From a virus (taxonomy: Duplodnaviria; Caudoviricetes): DNA of 53,531 nucleotides. This document shows, piece after piece, positions 27,533 through 34,890 of this stretch. Positions within the stretch are counted from its first letter, which is position 1. Each line of letters begins with the position of its first letter. A program made the translations under genes and the position numbers. The stretch is taken from the IMG/VR virus record IMGVR_UViG_3300004806_000031, positions 1 through 53,531 of that record; one strand, written 5' to 3'. The notes under the pieces were generated by a model. That model was not told where the DNA came from and made no database searches. It saw only the letters and a list, made by a program, of their open reading frames with translations.

Positions 27533-27772
27533 ATGACAATGCAGTTTTTGTGGTTTCTCGCGCATGAAGATGGGTCAGTCACAATGAAATATCGTGGCGA
27601 GCCAGATGAGTGGGATGAGGCTGTAAAAGCGAACGTGATCATGGCTGTGAGGGATTTGGTCGAGGGCATGACAGGCGAAGACATCGCTGACATCGAGATA
27701 GTGGAATTCGATGAAGAACTGCCCGAAATGGTTGGTAGAATAACACCGTTCAAACCCCGCACAGTGCAATGA
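27533..27772 (+). CDS. Acidic hypothetical protein
   Basis: First gene after the rightward promoter; D/E-rich. Confidence 0.65.
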   Translation: MTMQFLWFLAHEDGSVTMKYRGEPDEWDEAVKANVIMAVRDLVEGMTGEDIADIEIVEFDEELPEMVGRITPFKPRTVQ

Positions 27773-27778
27773 AAGGTC

Positions 27779-28030
27779 ATGCTTATGTCTGATTATGATG
27801 AAGTGCCGATGCTCACTGTCAGCATCATTAATGATGAGGTCGCTGATAATATCGTCGATCTTGATTGGGTCGAGGAATTTGATTTGATGCCGTTCGAGAC
27901 GCAGATCGCTTTCCTTGAGCAGTTGATTGACCAACTTGAGCAGACGCTTGAGTGGGTTCTTGAGGCGGCTGAGGATGCCGATGATTTATCTGACGAAGCG
28001 GATGAGGAAGAAGACGACGCTGATGCTTGA
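27779..28030 (+). CDS. Extremely acidic protein (DNA-mimic candidate)
   Basis: About 30 D/E in 83 aa and no K, R or H. Confidence 0.7.
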   Translation: MLMSDYDEVPMLTVSIINDEVADNIVDLDWVEEFDLMPFETQIAFLEQLIDQLEQTLEWVLEAAEDADDLSDEADEEEDDADA

Positions 28031-28104
28031 TAATGCTATTGGTTGCGGCGGGGTTAATCGCCTTGCCGCAATCACACTGGCAAGCACAAGCATAAGGTAA
28101 CACA

Positions 28105-28731
28105 ATGCCAGATACACACACAGACAACAGCAAGACAGCCAATGCTCATGCTTTGACAGACAAGCAAGCCAAGGAAAAGAAGCGCAAGGGCAATGCAATG
28201 GACCCGCAAGAAAAGGCAAAGATAGCCAACAAGGGCATGCTCACAATTGCTGATGTCGATGCCATGCTTGACCCGAAGAAGAGCAGGGGAAGGCCGACAA
28301 TGTATAGCGAGGAAATGCGTGACAGAATATGCATGTATCTCGCGAATGGCATTACAATGGCCAAAATATGTCAGACAGATGGCATGCCAGCGTTTGATAC
28401 TGTTTGGAAGTGGACTATGCGCCACCCAGATTTTGCGGAAGCCACCGCGCGCGCCCGTGAAATTGGCACGCATTACCTTGCCGACGACTGCATTCGGATA
28501 TCGGACGACCCTGAACTGGATCCCGCTGACAAGCGCGTGATGATCGACACCCGCGTTCGGCTAATTGGTAAGTGGAACCAATACTATAGCGACCGTCAGC
28601 AGGTGCTTGTCGCGGGCAAGATCGACGTCCAACCCATTGATGTGAACGCATTGGACTTTGACCAGCGCGATGCATTGGCGAGCATGCTTGAAGCAGTAGC
28701 ATTGCCCAGCCCTGATCAGGATGATCTATAA
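28105..28731 (+). CDS. terS: Terminase small subunit (Sf6 gp1-like)
   Basis: GRPTMYSEE..DRIC..LANG.....IC..DGMP...TV.KW....PDF.....RARE signature. Confidence 0.88.
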   Translation: MPDTHTDNSKTANAHALTDKQAKEKKRKGNAMDPQEKAKIANKGMLTIADVDAMLDPKKSRGRPTMYSEEMRDRICMYLANGITMAKICQTDGMPAFDTVWKWTMRHPDFAEATARAREIGTHYLADDCIRISDDPELDPADKRVMIDTRVRLIGKWNQYYSDRQQVLVAGKIDVQPIDVNALDFDQRDALASMLEAVALPSPDQDDL

Positions 28732-28828
28732 CACCCAGTGCTAGGATTGCATTAGAAGACCAAGGACGGCCTTTATGCTCATGCTAGGCAATCACACATG
28801 CCAGCCAAGAGATTGCCGCTGTTGACGA

Positions 28829-28843
28829 ATTCACGTTTTGTTC
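28829..28843. promoter_or_regulatory. LexA box (alphaproteobacterial type) beside TTGACG
   Basis: ATTC-ACGTTTT-GTTC. Confidence 0.6.
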
Positions 28844-28885
28844 TGTTTCCATAATGGGAATAAAAGCATAAACGCACGCTATGCA

Positions 28886-29073
28886 ATGCTCGTGCTTGCC
28901 CATGCTCATGCTTGCGTATAGTCATGCTTACGCACCGTTATACTCATGCTTACCTATCTGTATGGTCATGCTTACGATGCGTCACGCTTATGCTTATCTG
29001 CCGTATGGTCATGCTTAACGTATCGTTATGCTTATGCTTAACGTATAGTCATGCTTTACCAATGGTCATGCTT
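28886..29073. repeat. Imperfect tandem array of YATGCTT cores, partly 22-bp phased
   Basis: Cores at 28891 (variant), 28907, 28923, 28945, 28967, 28989, 29010, 29027/29033, 29050 and 29067. Confidence 0.9.
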
Positions 29074-29075
29074 TG

Positions 29076-29168
29076 GTTCTGCTTTCGTTCACCTTTTGTT
29101 CCGCTCGGTCGCGCGCGATAGAACAAACCGTGAACAAACAGGGAACAGACCGTGAACAAAACCAGAAC
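29076..29168. repeat. 11-bp phased GTTC x3 and GAAC x5 array (tandem LexA boxes)
   Basis: GTTC at 29076, 29087 and 29098; GAAC at 29121, 29132, 29143, 29154 and 29165. Confidence 0.85.
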
Positions 29169-29273
29169 ATGGGGGTGGGGTGGGGGTGGCGGCACCCCCC
29201 GCTAATGGGCTAGGTCCCCATACGGATTCGCACGCAATCCACTCGGACATTTCAAAAATCTGTCCAAAGCAAT

Positions 29274-29302
29274 TTGACATCCCACGTAAACGCCCCTATG
29301 TA
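29274..29302 (+). promoter_or_regulatory. Sigma70 promoter
   Basis: TTGACA-N17-TATGTA. Confidence 0.7.
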
Positions 29303-29307
29303 TGCTT

Positions 29308-29486
29308 CAGTCATGCGGCGGCGTGGAAAGCAGACACGCAGCAATTTATGGGTAAACAGGAACCACAATACGAGCGCCCATACGTCCCAAGTCCATACGG
29401 CCAGTGGTAGGGCTATGTTATGGCGGATGTCGATTACCACAGATCGTTTTGGTTCCAGCCGGAGTAGCGACCGGCCCGCATGACTG
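29308..29486 (+). ncRNA. tRNA-like structured RNA candidate
   Basis: 11-bp terminal stem, D-like and T-like hairpins and a long internal arm; starts just after a promoter. Confidence 0.6.
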
Positions 29487-29494
29487 TTCATCAT

Positions 29495-29523
29495 TTGACA
29501 TCCCCCGTAAACTGTAGCATAAG
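29495..29523 (+). promoter_or_regulatory. Sigma70 promoter (paralogous to 29274)
   Basis: TTGACA-tcccccgtaaactgtag-CATAAG. Confidence 0.6.
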
Positions 29524-29809
29524 CATACCACTGGCCTACACTGGTTTGCGTTCCGGTCTGGCTGTGGCGTCTGCTCGTACGCTTATGGTAAACGCAATGC
29601 TGTCACGCTGGGCGGGGGCGTGGCTTAAGACAATGGAAAGCCACTCAGGCAATTCATAGCCCGTCCCCTTTTATTTTGTTCAAGGGGGTGGGGGTGGGGT
29701 ATCCTTATGGCCCCGTATTCAATACAAATTATCAACAGGCCGCGGGACTCCAGCGCATAGTTGGCCCCTATAATTTGCATGATACGCAAAAGCGACAAAG
29801 GAACCACTC

Positions 29810-30298
29810 ATGACTGCCAAACCCCAAAGCGACGGGTCATTTGAACTAATGTCCTTGAAGGGCCTTAAGGAAAAATACCAATCACCGGTGCAGCCGCCCA
29901 AACAATCAAATTCTGGCAAGCCCTTGTCATGGTGGAAAAAGGTTAAGCAATACCTTAACCGTAACCAAATTTTGCGGGAAGAGAATGCGCGGCTGCAAGC
30001 AAAACTTTTGGAAGCCATCCACACATCGCAAGAGTCTGGACACAATGGGCTAAAGTTGTATGCCGAAAACGAAGCACTGCACTTTGTTGTAGCGGAATTG
30101 CGGAAAGACCTCGAAGCATCAAAAAAGCATCCGTATGAATTTAATGGCGAAAGTCGTTACTACTTCATGGATAGAATGAGGGCCGCCGAAGAAAAGTTGG
30201 GCATGCTTCAACTTCAACATGACAGCCTAATGGAATGTTATGGCCGCATATTGAAGGATTGGGAAAATCTGACCGGAATTAAATTCAACCCAAAATAA
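29810..30298 (+). CDS. Coiled-coil hypothetical protein
   Basis: AAGGA RBS; 162 aa ORF. Confidence 0.65.
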   Translation: MTAKPQSDGSFELMSLKGLKEKYQSPVQPPKQSNSGKPLSWWKKVKQYLNRNQILREENARLQAKLLEAIHTSQESGHNGLKLYAENEALHFVVAELRKDLEASKKHPYEFNGESRYYFMDRMRAAEEKLGMLQLQHDSLMECYGRILKDWENLTGIKFNPK

Positions 30299-30333
30299 TA
30301 CCCGCCAACTTATTAAATATAAACTAACACCCC

Positions 30334-30366
30334 AATTGACAGTCCCAAGTTTACGCGCTATGTAAA
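30334..30366 (+). promoter_or_regulatory. Sigma70 promoter, copy 1 of a 33-bp direct repeat
   Basis: TTGACA-N17-TATGTA; matches 30922-30954 at 32 of 33 bases. Confidence 0.75.
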
Positions 30367-30378
30367 GGACATTCGGAA

Positions 30379-30468
30379 TACCCACCAATATAGTCTCCCT
30401 GCAACCGAGGCGGCAACGGGCAAGCGTTTAAGGCGCTACAAGGTTAGGTTCGGTTTATTGGTGGGGTA
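30379..30468 (+). ncRNA. Structured RNA or leader candidate
   Basis: CCCACCAATA/TATTGGTGGG 10-bp stem plus AACCGA/TCGGTT and inner hairpins. Confidence 0.45.
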
Positions 30469-30526
30469 AGTATATTTGGGACCGTGAAACTTAACAAGCC
30501 GTCATTTACATTAACGGAGAAATAAA

Positions 30527-30910
30527 ATGGAAAAAACTGGTGATAAGGGGCTTGGCATAAGGACGTGCAACATTATCCCGCTTTTAAGTGCTTCAACTAA
30601 TTTCTATCGTCAGCATTGGGATTCCATGCCCCAAAATACCAATCGTGAATACATAGAGTTTATGGCAACAGCGAGTAAGGACCTATTTGATGATCCTGAG
30701 GACGTTTTGTCAAAATTGCTTATGAGTGAAATTAATAGGATTCATGAAACAAAAGTTTGGCAGCGAAATGCTATTTATAAAAACAAGCAAGAACTAAGGT
30801 GGAACATTGAATGGAAAGTTTTCCCAGAATGCAATGAATCGGAAAAATTCGCAAAAATTTATGCAAGGTTTGCAATTTATCCAGAGCCTGTTACAGAAGC
30901 GACAAGTTGA
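30527..30910 (+). CDS. Hypothetical protein (promoter-flanked cassette)
   Basis: GGAGA RBS; AT-rich. Confidence 0.65.
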   Translation: MEKTGDKGLGIRTCNIIPLLSASTNFYRQHWDSMPQNTNREYIEFMATASKDLFDDPEDVLSKLLMSEINRIHETKVWQRNAIYKNKQELRWNIEWKVFPECNESEKFAKIYARFAIYPEPVTEATS

Positions 30911-30921
30911 CACTACACGCA

Positions 30922-30954
30922 AATTGACAGTCCTAAGTTTACGCGCTATGTAAA
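30922..30954 (+). promoter_or_regulatory. Sigma70 promoter, copy 2 of the 33-bp direct repeat
   Basis: TTGACA-N17-TATGTA. Confidence 0.75.
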
Positions 30955-30981
30955 TGCAATGAATTGCAACGGAGAATAAAC

Positions 30982-31197
30982 ATGACTACTGACGATCAAC
31001 TAGACAAGCGGCACCAAGCACTACACAAAATTGGCGAGGCAGTTGATGGACTGAAATACGCGGAAGTCCTTGGCGTGTTGGCTTCCTTTGCCAGCCTTGT
31101 CCTTGATGAATTGCCACCCGAAGTGCGGGCAAATGCCGCCAAAGGATTTTACGAAGCAATTTGCGAGCCATCCCAACCACGGATAATCATCCAATGA
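30982..31197 (+). CDS. Hypothetical protein
   Basis: GGAGA RBS. Confidence 0.65.
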   Translation: MTTDDQLDKRHQALHKIGEAVDGLKYAEVLGVLASFASLVLDELPPEVRANAAKGFYEAICEPSQPRIIIQ

Positions 31198-31733
31198 TTG
31201 CCACGCGCCGCAAATTTATCACCGGCTTGGCTGCACTTGTAGCCGCGCCAGCAGTAATACGCTTCTCTGGCATTATGCCGGTCAATGCCGCGCAAGCATC
31301 ACCATTTGCAATGATACGCGGCCTAGATTTGACCGGCAGGGAAGTGGTCCACAAATTGTGGGAGCCAATGTCAGTCAATCAATTTGCTGGCACGGAAATG
31401 TTCCGCAATATGTCCATGGTTAATTCATGGGAATACGCAAAGCCAGTAGTCCCACTGGCCCCGCCGCCATTTGTGCTGGATGACAAGACTGTTGACCAAA
31501 TTATAGAGGAACGCATCCTTAAGCGGGAGCAACAGCGCCAAACGTGGAGAGATTCACTTGCCATTGGCTGGTGGGGCAATGACAAAACTACTGCGGCGGC
31601 ATCTCAATTGCGTCCTTTTAAGGACAAAACAGCCGATCTTCAAATATTTGACGGCAACAATTTATGGATGCAAAAAAATCATGGGTTACAACCAGTAACA
31701 TCAGCAAAAGAGGAGTGGTTCCGATGTTTATAA
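31194..31733 (+). CDS. Protein with twin-arginine (Tat)-like signal
   Basis: MIATRRKFITGLAALVAAPAVI. Confidence 0.7.
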   Translation: MIATRRKFITGLAALVAAPAVIRFSGIMPVNAAQASPFAMIRGLDLTGREVVHKLWEPMSVNQFAGTEMFRNMSMVNSWEYAKPVVPLAPPPFVLDDKTVDQIIEERILKREQQRQTWRDSLAIGWWGNDKTTAAASQLRPFKDKTADLQIFDGNNLWMQKNHGLQPVTSAKEEWFRCL

Positions 31734-31996
31734 ATAGAGAAAATACATTTCCCCTAGAACCATACATTCCCGACCACCCATCCGTGGCCGAAGACAAAGC
31801 AAACGCTGTGCTTGATGATACAAAATCGGATTTTGAGGCGCAAGTTAAGTGGGAAGTGTTTATGAGAAATCATTTCTTAAAAATGCGGAACAGTGACCGG
31901 TTCAAAGATTTTTCGCCCGATGTACAGCAAGAAATTATCGACTGGCTAGAACACGCGGAGAAAATTGATGCCAAAGTCAAGGCGCAGTCACGGTGA
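31724..31996 (+). CDS. Hypothetical protein
   Basis: GAGGAG RBS; overlaps the upstream gene. Confidence 0.6.
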   Translation: MFINRENTFPLEPYIPDHPSVAEDKANAVLDDTKSDFEAQVKWEVFMRNHFLKMRNSDRFKDFSPDVQQEIIDWLEHAEKIDAKVKAQSR

Positions 31997-32147
31997 CTCC
32001 GGCATAGGGAATAGCCTAGACCCCGGGTACAGGGTCAGGCTCACTACAGTCCGCGAAGAAAAGCGGCTGCAAAAGATACGGGCAACACTCAGCCCCGAAA
32101 AGTCAAAAGTAACACTGCCTAAATTTTCATGGGACAAAGACAAATGA
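31968..32147 (+). CDS. Small basic hypothetical protein
   Basis: Ends VTLPKFSWDK; ATGA coupling with the next gene. Confidence 0.5.
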   Translation: MPKSRRSHGDSGIGNSLDPGYRVRLTTVREEKRLQKIRATLSPEKSKVTLPKFSWDKDK

Positions 32148-32383
32148 AAAGCACAATGGAAATGTCATTCTCTTTGAAACGAGAGTGCGATAGAGGCCCA
32201 ACAGTCACAACAATGAAGTTTACTCCCGGCACACCCAGCGTTCTCGTTATTCGCCAAGGATCAAACCGCGTGGAACTTACAGTTCCTGAATTGTCCGCGT
32301 TTCGCTATGTCCTTGGCGAGATACTTTCAATCAAACGCATCGTAAAAGACATGGATAAGGAAGAAGACAATGACGACTACTGA
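32144..32383 (+). CDS. Hypothetical protein
   Basis: Coupled ORF. Confidence 0.55.
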   Translation: MKSTMEMSFSLKRECDRGPTVTTMKFTPGTPSVLVIRQGSNRVELTVPELSAFRYVLGEILSIKRIVKDMDKEEDNDDY

Positions 32384-32636
32384 TAACCCGCATTATGTGA
32401 CGCCTGAAGAGGCTAAAAAGAAAATCTGTCTATCATCAATGGGCGGCTTATTAATGGTTCATGATGCTGTTATGGCATCAGAACATGAGTGCTATGGCCC
32501 AGATTGCATGGCTTGGCGGTGGACGACTTATTTTGAGTATGATGAAAATACTCTAAAGCGCGAAGAAAAATTTAGTACAACCCACGGTTATTGCGGGATG
32601 GTGCAGTCATGGAATCTATTTATCGGTACTTCTTAA
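32370..32636 (+). CDS. Cys-rich protein (CxAWRW family), paralogue of 36913-37146
   Basis: DNPHYVTPEE..C...C....CMAWRW...GYCG. Confidence 0.75.
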   Translation: MTTTDNPHYVTPEEAKKKICLSSMGGLLMVHDAVMASEHECYGPDCMAWRWTTYFEYDENTLKREEKFSTTHGYCGMVQSWNLFIGTS

Positions 32637-32785
32637 ACCAACCCGGCGTGGATAAGCCATTTGCTGTGTTCAGCACGATAATGTTGATTGGATTTGTATT
32701 TCCAGCAGCCATCATTGTGTTTTTTATCTTATGGACATTTTTGCTAGAAATTATTTCAATGATTTTGTTTGGAACAACTTTTTGA
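32609..32785 (+). CDS. Small membrane protein
   Basis: Long hydrophobic stretch. Confidence 0.5.
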   Translation: MESIYRYFLNQPGVDKPFAVFSTIMLIGFVFPAAIIVFFILWTFLLEIISMILFGTTF

Positions 32786-32800
32786 AAGGATGGTGCGGTC

Positions 32801-33037
32801 ATGAGTGGTGGCATTGAACCACAAACAATTAAACAAGTTCCTCAGCCGGATTGGGTTGTGATTGAATACACGACGACACAAGGGAATTTTAGAAAATGCC
32901 TGTTAAGCAATAGGGATGCCAAAGATCACTGGGCAAGATGCAACGATGATCTCAAATCATCATACATAATACGTGATGCAGAGCCTGATGACTTTGAAGG
33001 AGAATATCATCTGTTTTCAAAGGGAATAAATGTATGA
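32801..33037 (+). CDS. Hypothetical protein
   Basis: ATGA coupling with the next gene. Confidence 0.55.
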   Translation: MSGGIEPQTIKQVPQPDWVVIEYTTTQGNFRKCLLSNRDAKDHWARCNDDLKSSYIIRDAEPDDFEGEYHLFSKGINV

Positions 33038-33249
33038 CTGAATGGCAACCAATAGAAACCGCGCCAAAAGATGGAACGCGCATTCTTGCTTATGGTCGTT
33101 GTGGGTTTGAATCCATATCAGGAATTGCAACTGTTAAGTGGCATCGTAATTCATGGATTTGTGATCCAAATGAAGCGACTGAATATGATTATGAAGAGTG
33201 TCAGGTTACTCATTGGATGCCACTTCCTCCTTGCCCCGCCGGAAAATGA
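33034..33249 (+). CDS. DUF551-family protein
   Basis: WQPIETAPKDG...VTHWMPLP. Confidence 0.85.
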   Translation: MTEWQPIETAPKDGTRILAYGRCGFESISGIATVKWHRNSWICDPNEATEYDYEECQVTHWMPLPPCPAGK

Positions 33250-33265
33250 TGTTATACTGGATGCC

Positions 33266-33769
33266 ATGAAGATACGTGGTCAAACAGTTTACCCATTAAA
33301 AGAACGCCTTGATAGGCTTTCTAAGGCAATGCCTTCTGGCTGCATTGAATGGCAGTCAACAATAAGAAATGGGTACGGGCGTTTAATTATAGGCTCCCGT
33401 ACTGATGGTAGCAGGAAGTCTGTTTCTGCCCATAGATTGGCTTACGAAGTTTATGTTGGGGAAATTCCCGATGGAATGTTTGTTTGTCATACCTGTGACA
33501 ATCCTAAGTGCATAAACCATGAACATTTATTTGTTGGAACACGGCAAGACAATGTGGATGACAGGGAAAACAAACAACGCAATAAAATGCCGCCTGTTGC
33601 AAAAAATGAACAAGCGTATTTTGTCAAATATACCGATGATATAATTAATAAAATACGACAAGAAACTGGACCAAGCAGATTAGCCGCTGCCAAATATGGC
33701 GTCAGTGAAAGATACGTAAGAGACATAAGAAATAATAAATATAGAAAATTACCGGAGCCGCCAAAATGA
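33266..33769 (+). CDS. HNH homing endonuclease
   Basis: CIEW..GYG..AHRLAY...VCHTCDNPKCINHEHL..GT..DN; own promoter TTGCCC-N16-TATACT at 33231-33258. Confidence 0.88.
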   Translation: MKIRGQTVYPLKERLDRLSKAMPSGCIEWQSTIRNGYGRLIIGSRTDGSRKSVSAHRLAYEVYVGEIPDGMFVCHTCDNPKCINHEHLFVGTRQDNVDDRENKQRNKMPPVAKNEQAYFVKYTDDIINKIRQETGPSRLAAAKYGVSERYVRDIRNNKYRKLPEPPK

Positions 33770-34296
33770 ATTTATACCAACCAGTTGGCTCATATGGCGG
33801 TTCATTTCCCATCAAAAGGGTTGAAGGCTCTAAATTTATTGTGATCGGGGAAGTTTGGAATATAAAACACCAATATGTGTTTAATTCTTTTTGGCGTCAA
33901 TTTAATCCGTATTGGATAAAGTTGCGCAAAACATATGCCAAGGAAGAATTGGCTTGGCTCAATATCCATTATGATGGCGATGACCTCAATCACACGTTCT
34001 TGGGGCCTGAACATTGGCAAGGATGGCCAAATGCTAGGAAATTGTCAGAATGGTACAATGCTCTGCACAAGCGCAACATGATGCTCCGATTGCAAACTAT
34101 GACTGTTTATTCCGCAGACATTTCGTTGGCACATGATCGGCAAGAAATTGCAGAATGCGCATTGGAGTTGACCAAACTGATTAAACGCCACCCCGACGAT
34201 GAACACCGAGTTGGAGTTTTGGATTGGTCTCCAACGGGTCAAGTATGGCTGGATGGAAAAAGGTGGGTTAAAGTTTTACCGGAACAATTGAAATGA
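33766..34296 (+). CDS. Hypothetical protein
   Basis: ATGA coupling; 176 aa. Confidence 0.65.
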   Translation: MNLYQPVGSYGGSFPIKRVEGSKFIVIGEVWNIKHQYVFNSFWRQFNPYWIKLRKTYAKEELAWLNIHYDGDDLNHTFLGPEHWQGWPNARKLSEWYNALHKRNMMLRLQTMTVYSADISLAHDRQEIAECALELTKLIKRHPDDEHRVGVLDWSPTGQVWLDGKRWVKVLPEQLK

Positions 34297-34380
34297 TTAC
34301 ACGTTGAGGATTTATTCAAAGTTTGAAAAAACTGAACTGCGTGAATGGTTTTCACATTTTAATGCGAGGGATAGTAAACA

Positions 34381-34476
34381 ATGATTGAAATTGGGAAAAA
34401 TTTGGCTGAAGCAATTGAATTGGTTGCAGTCATGCTTGGACTTATTGGGTTTGCGTTTTTTATGATCAGGGCATAG
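34381..34476 (+). CDS. Small TM peptide
   Basis: MIEIGKNLAEAIELVAVMLGLIGFAFFMIRA; GAGG upstream. Confidence 0.4.
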   Translation: MIEIGKNLAEAIELVAVMLGLIGFAFFMIRA

Positions 34477-34489
34477 AGGGGTAATTAAA

Positions 34490-34588
34490 ATGAACTGGTA
34501 TATTGAATTGCCATTGGCGATTAATCTGTGGTTTGGTGTTTTGTGGTGGGTCAGCAAGTGCCTTGTAGCGTGGAAGGACAGCCAATGA
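34490..34588 (+). CDS. Small TM peptide
   Basis: MNWYIELPLAINLWFGVLWWVSK; GAGGGG RBS; ATGA coupling with the next gene. Confidence 0.4.
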   Translation: MNWYIELPLAINLWFGVLWWVSKCLVAWKDSQ

Positions 34589-34845
34589 TGTTACCGGCAG
34601 ACATAGTTAAAGCCCTCAGGGAAGCGGCGGAAGAATGCGAAAAAAGCGAGCGTGACCCGCGGACTGGCGTGTCTACTTGGCCAAAAGAAACAACAGTAGA
34701 ATGGAAAGCCGCCGACTTGCTTGAGGAGCGGTTTGCAGAAATATGCCGATATGAAGAATTACTTGAAAGCGTGTTTAAGGCAATGGATCAGTATGAAAAA
34801 TCCAAGAGCGCGTTTCGGGTAAAAGTTAAAGTCAAAACCAAGTAA
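34585..34845 (+). CDS. Hypothetical protein
   Basis: DIVKALREAA...WKAADLLE pattern. Confidence 0.6.
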   Translation: MMLPADIVKALREAAEECEKSERDPRTGVSTWPKETTVEWKAADLLEERFAEICRYEELLESVFKAMDQYEKSKSAFRVKVKVKTK

Positions 34846-34890
34846 ACAGGCAAATTTGTCGGCGTTTCCTTGGCGTGGTAATTTCTGTGT

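Noticed and set aside
28886-29168. CRISPR array
   Set aside because: Cores are only 4-12 bp with 11-23 bp periods, there are no unique 30-40 bp spacers, and no cas genes are present.
28912-29483. Short ORFs across the repeat/RNA region
   Set aside because: They are translations of repeats and stems with no RBS.
29308-29486. Canonical tRNA or tmRNA
   Set aside because: It lacks a TTC T-loop, a CCA end, a regular anticodon arm and a recognisable tag ORF; kept only as tRNA-like.
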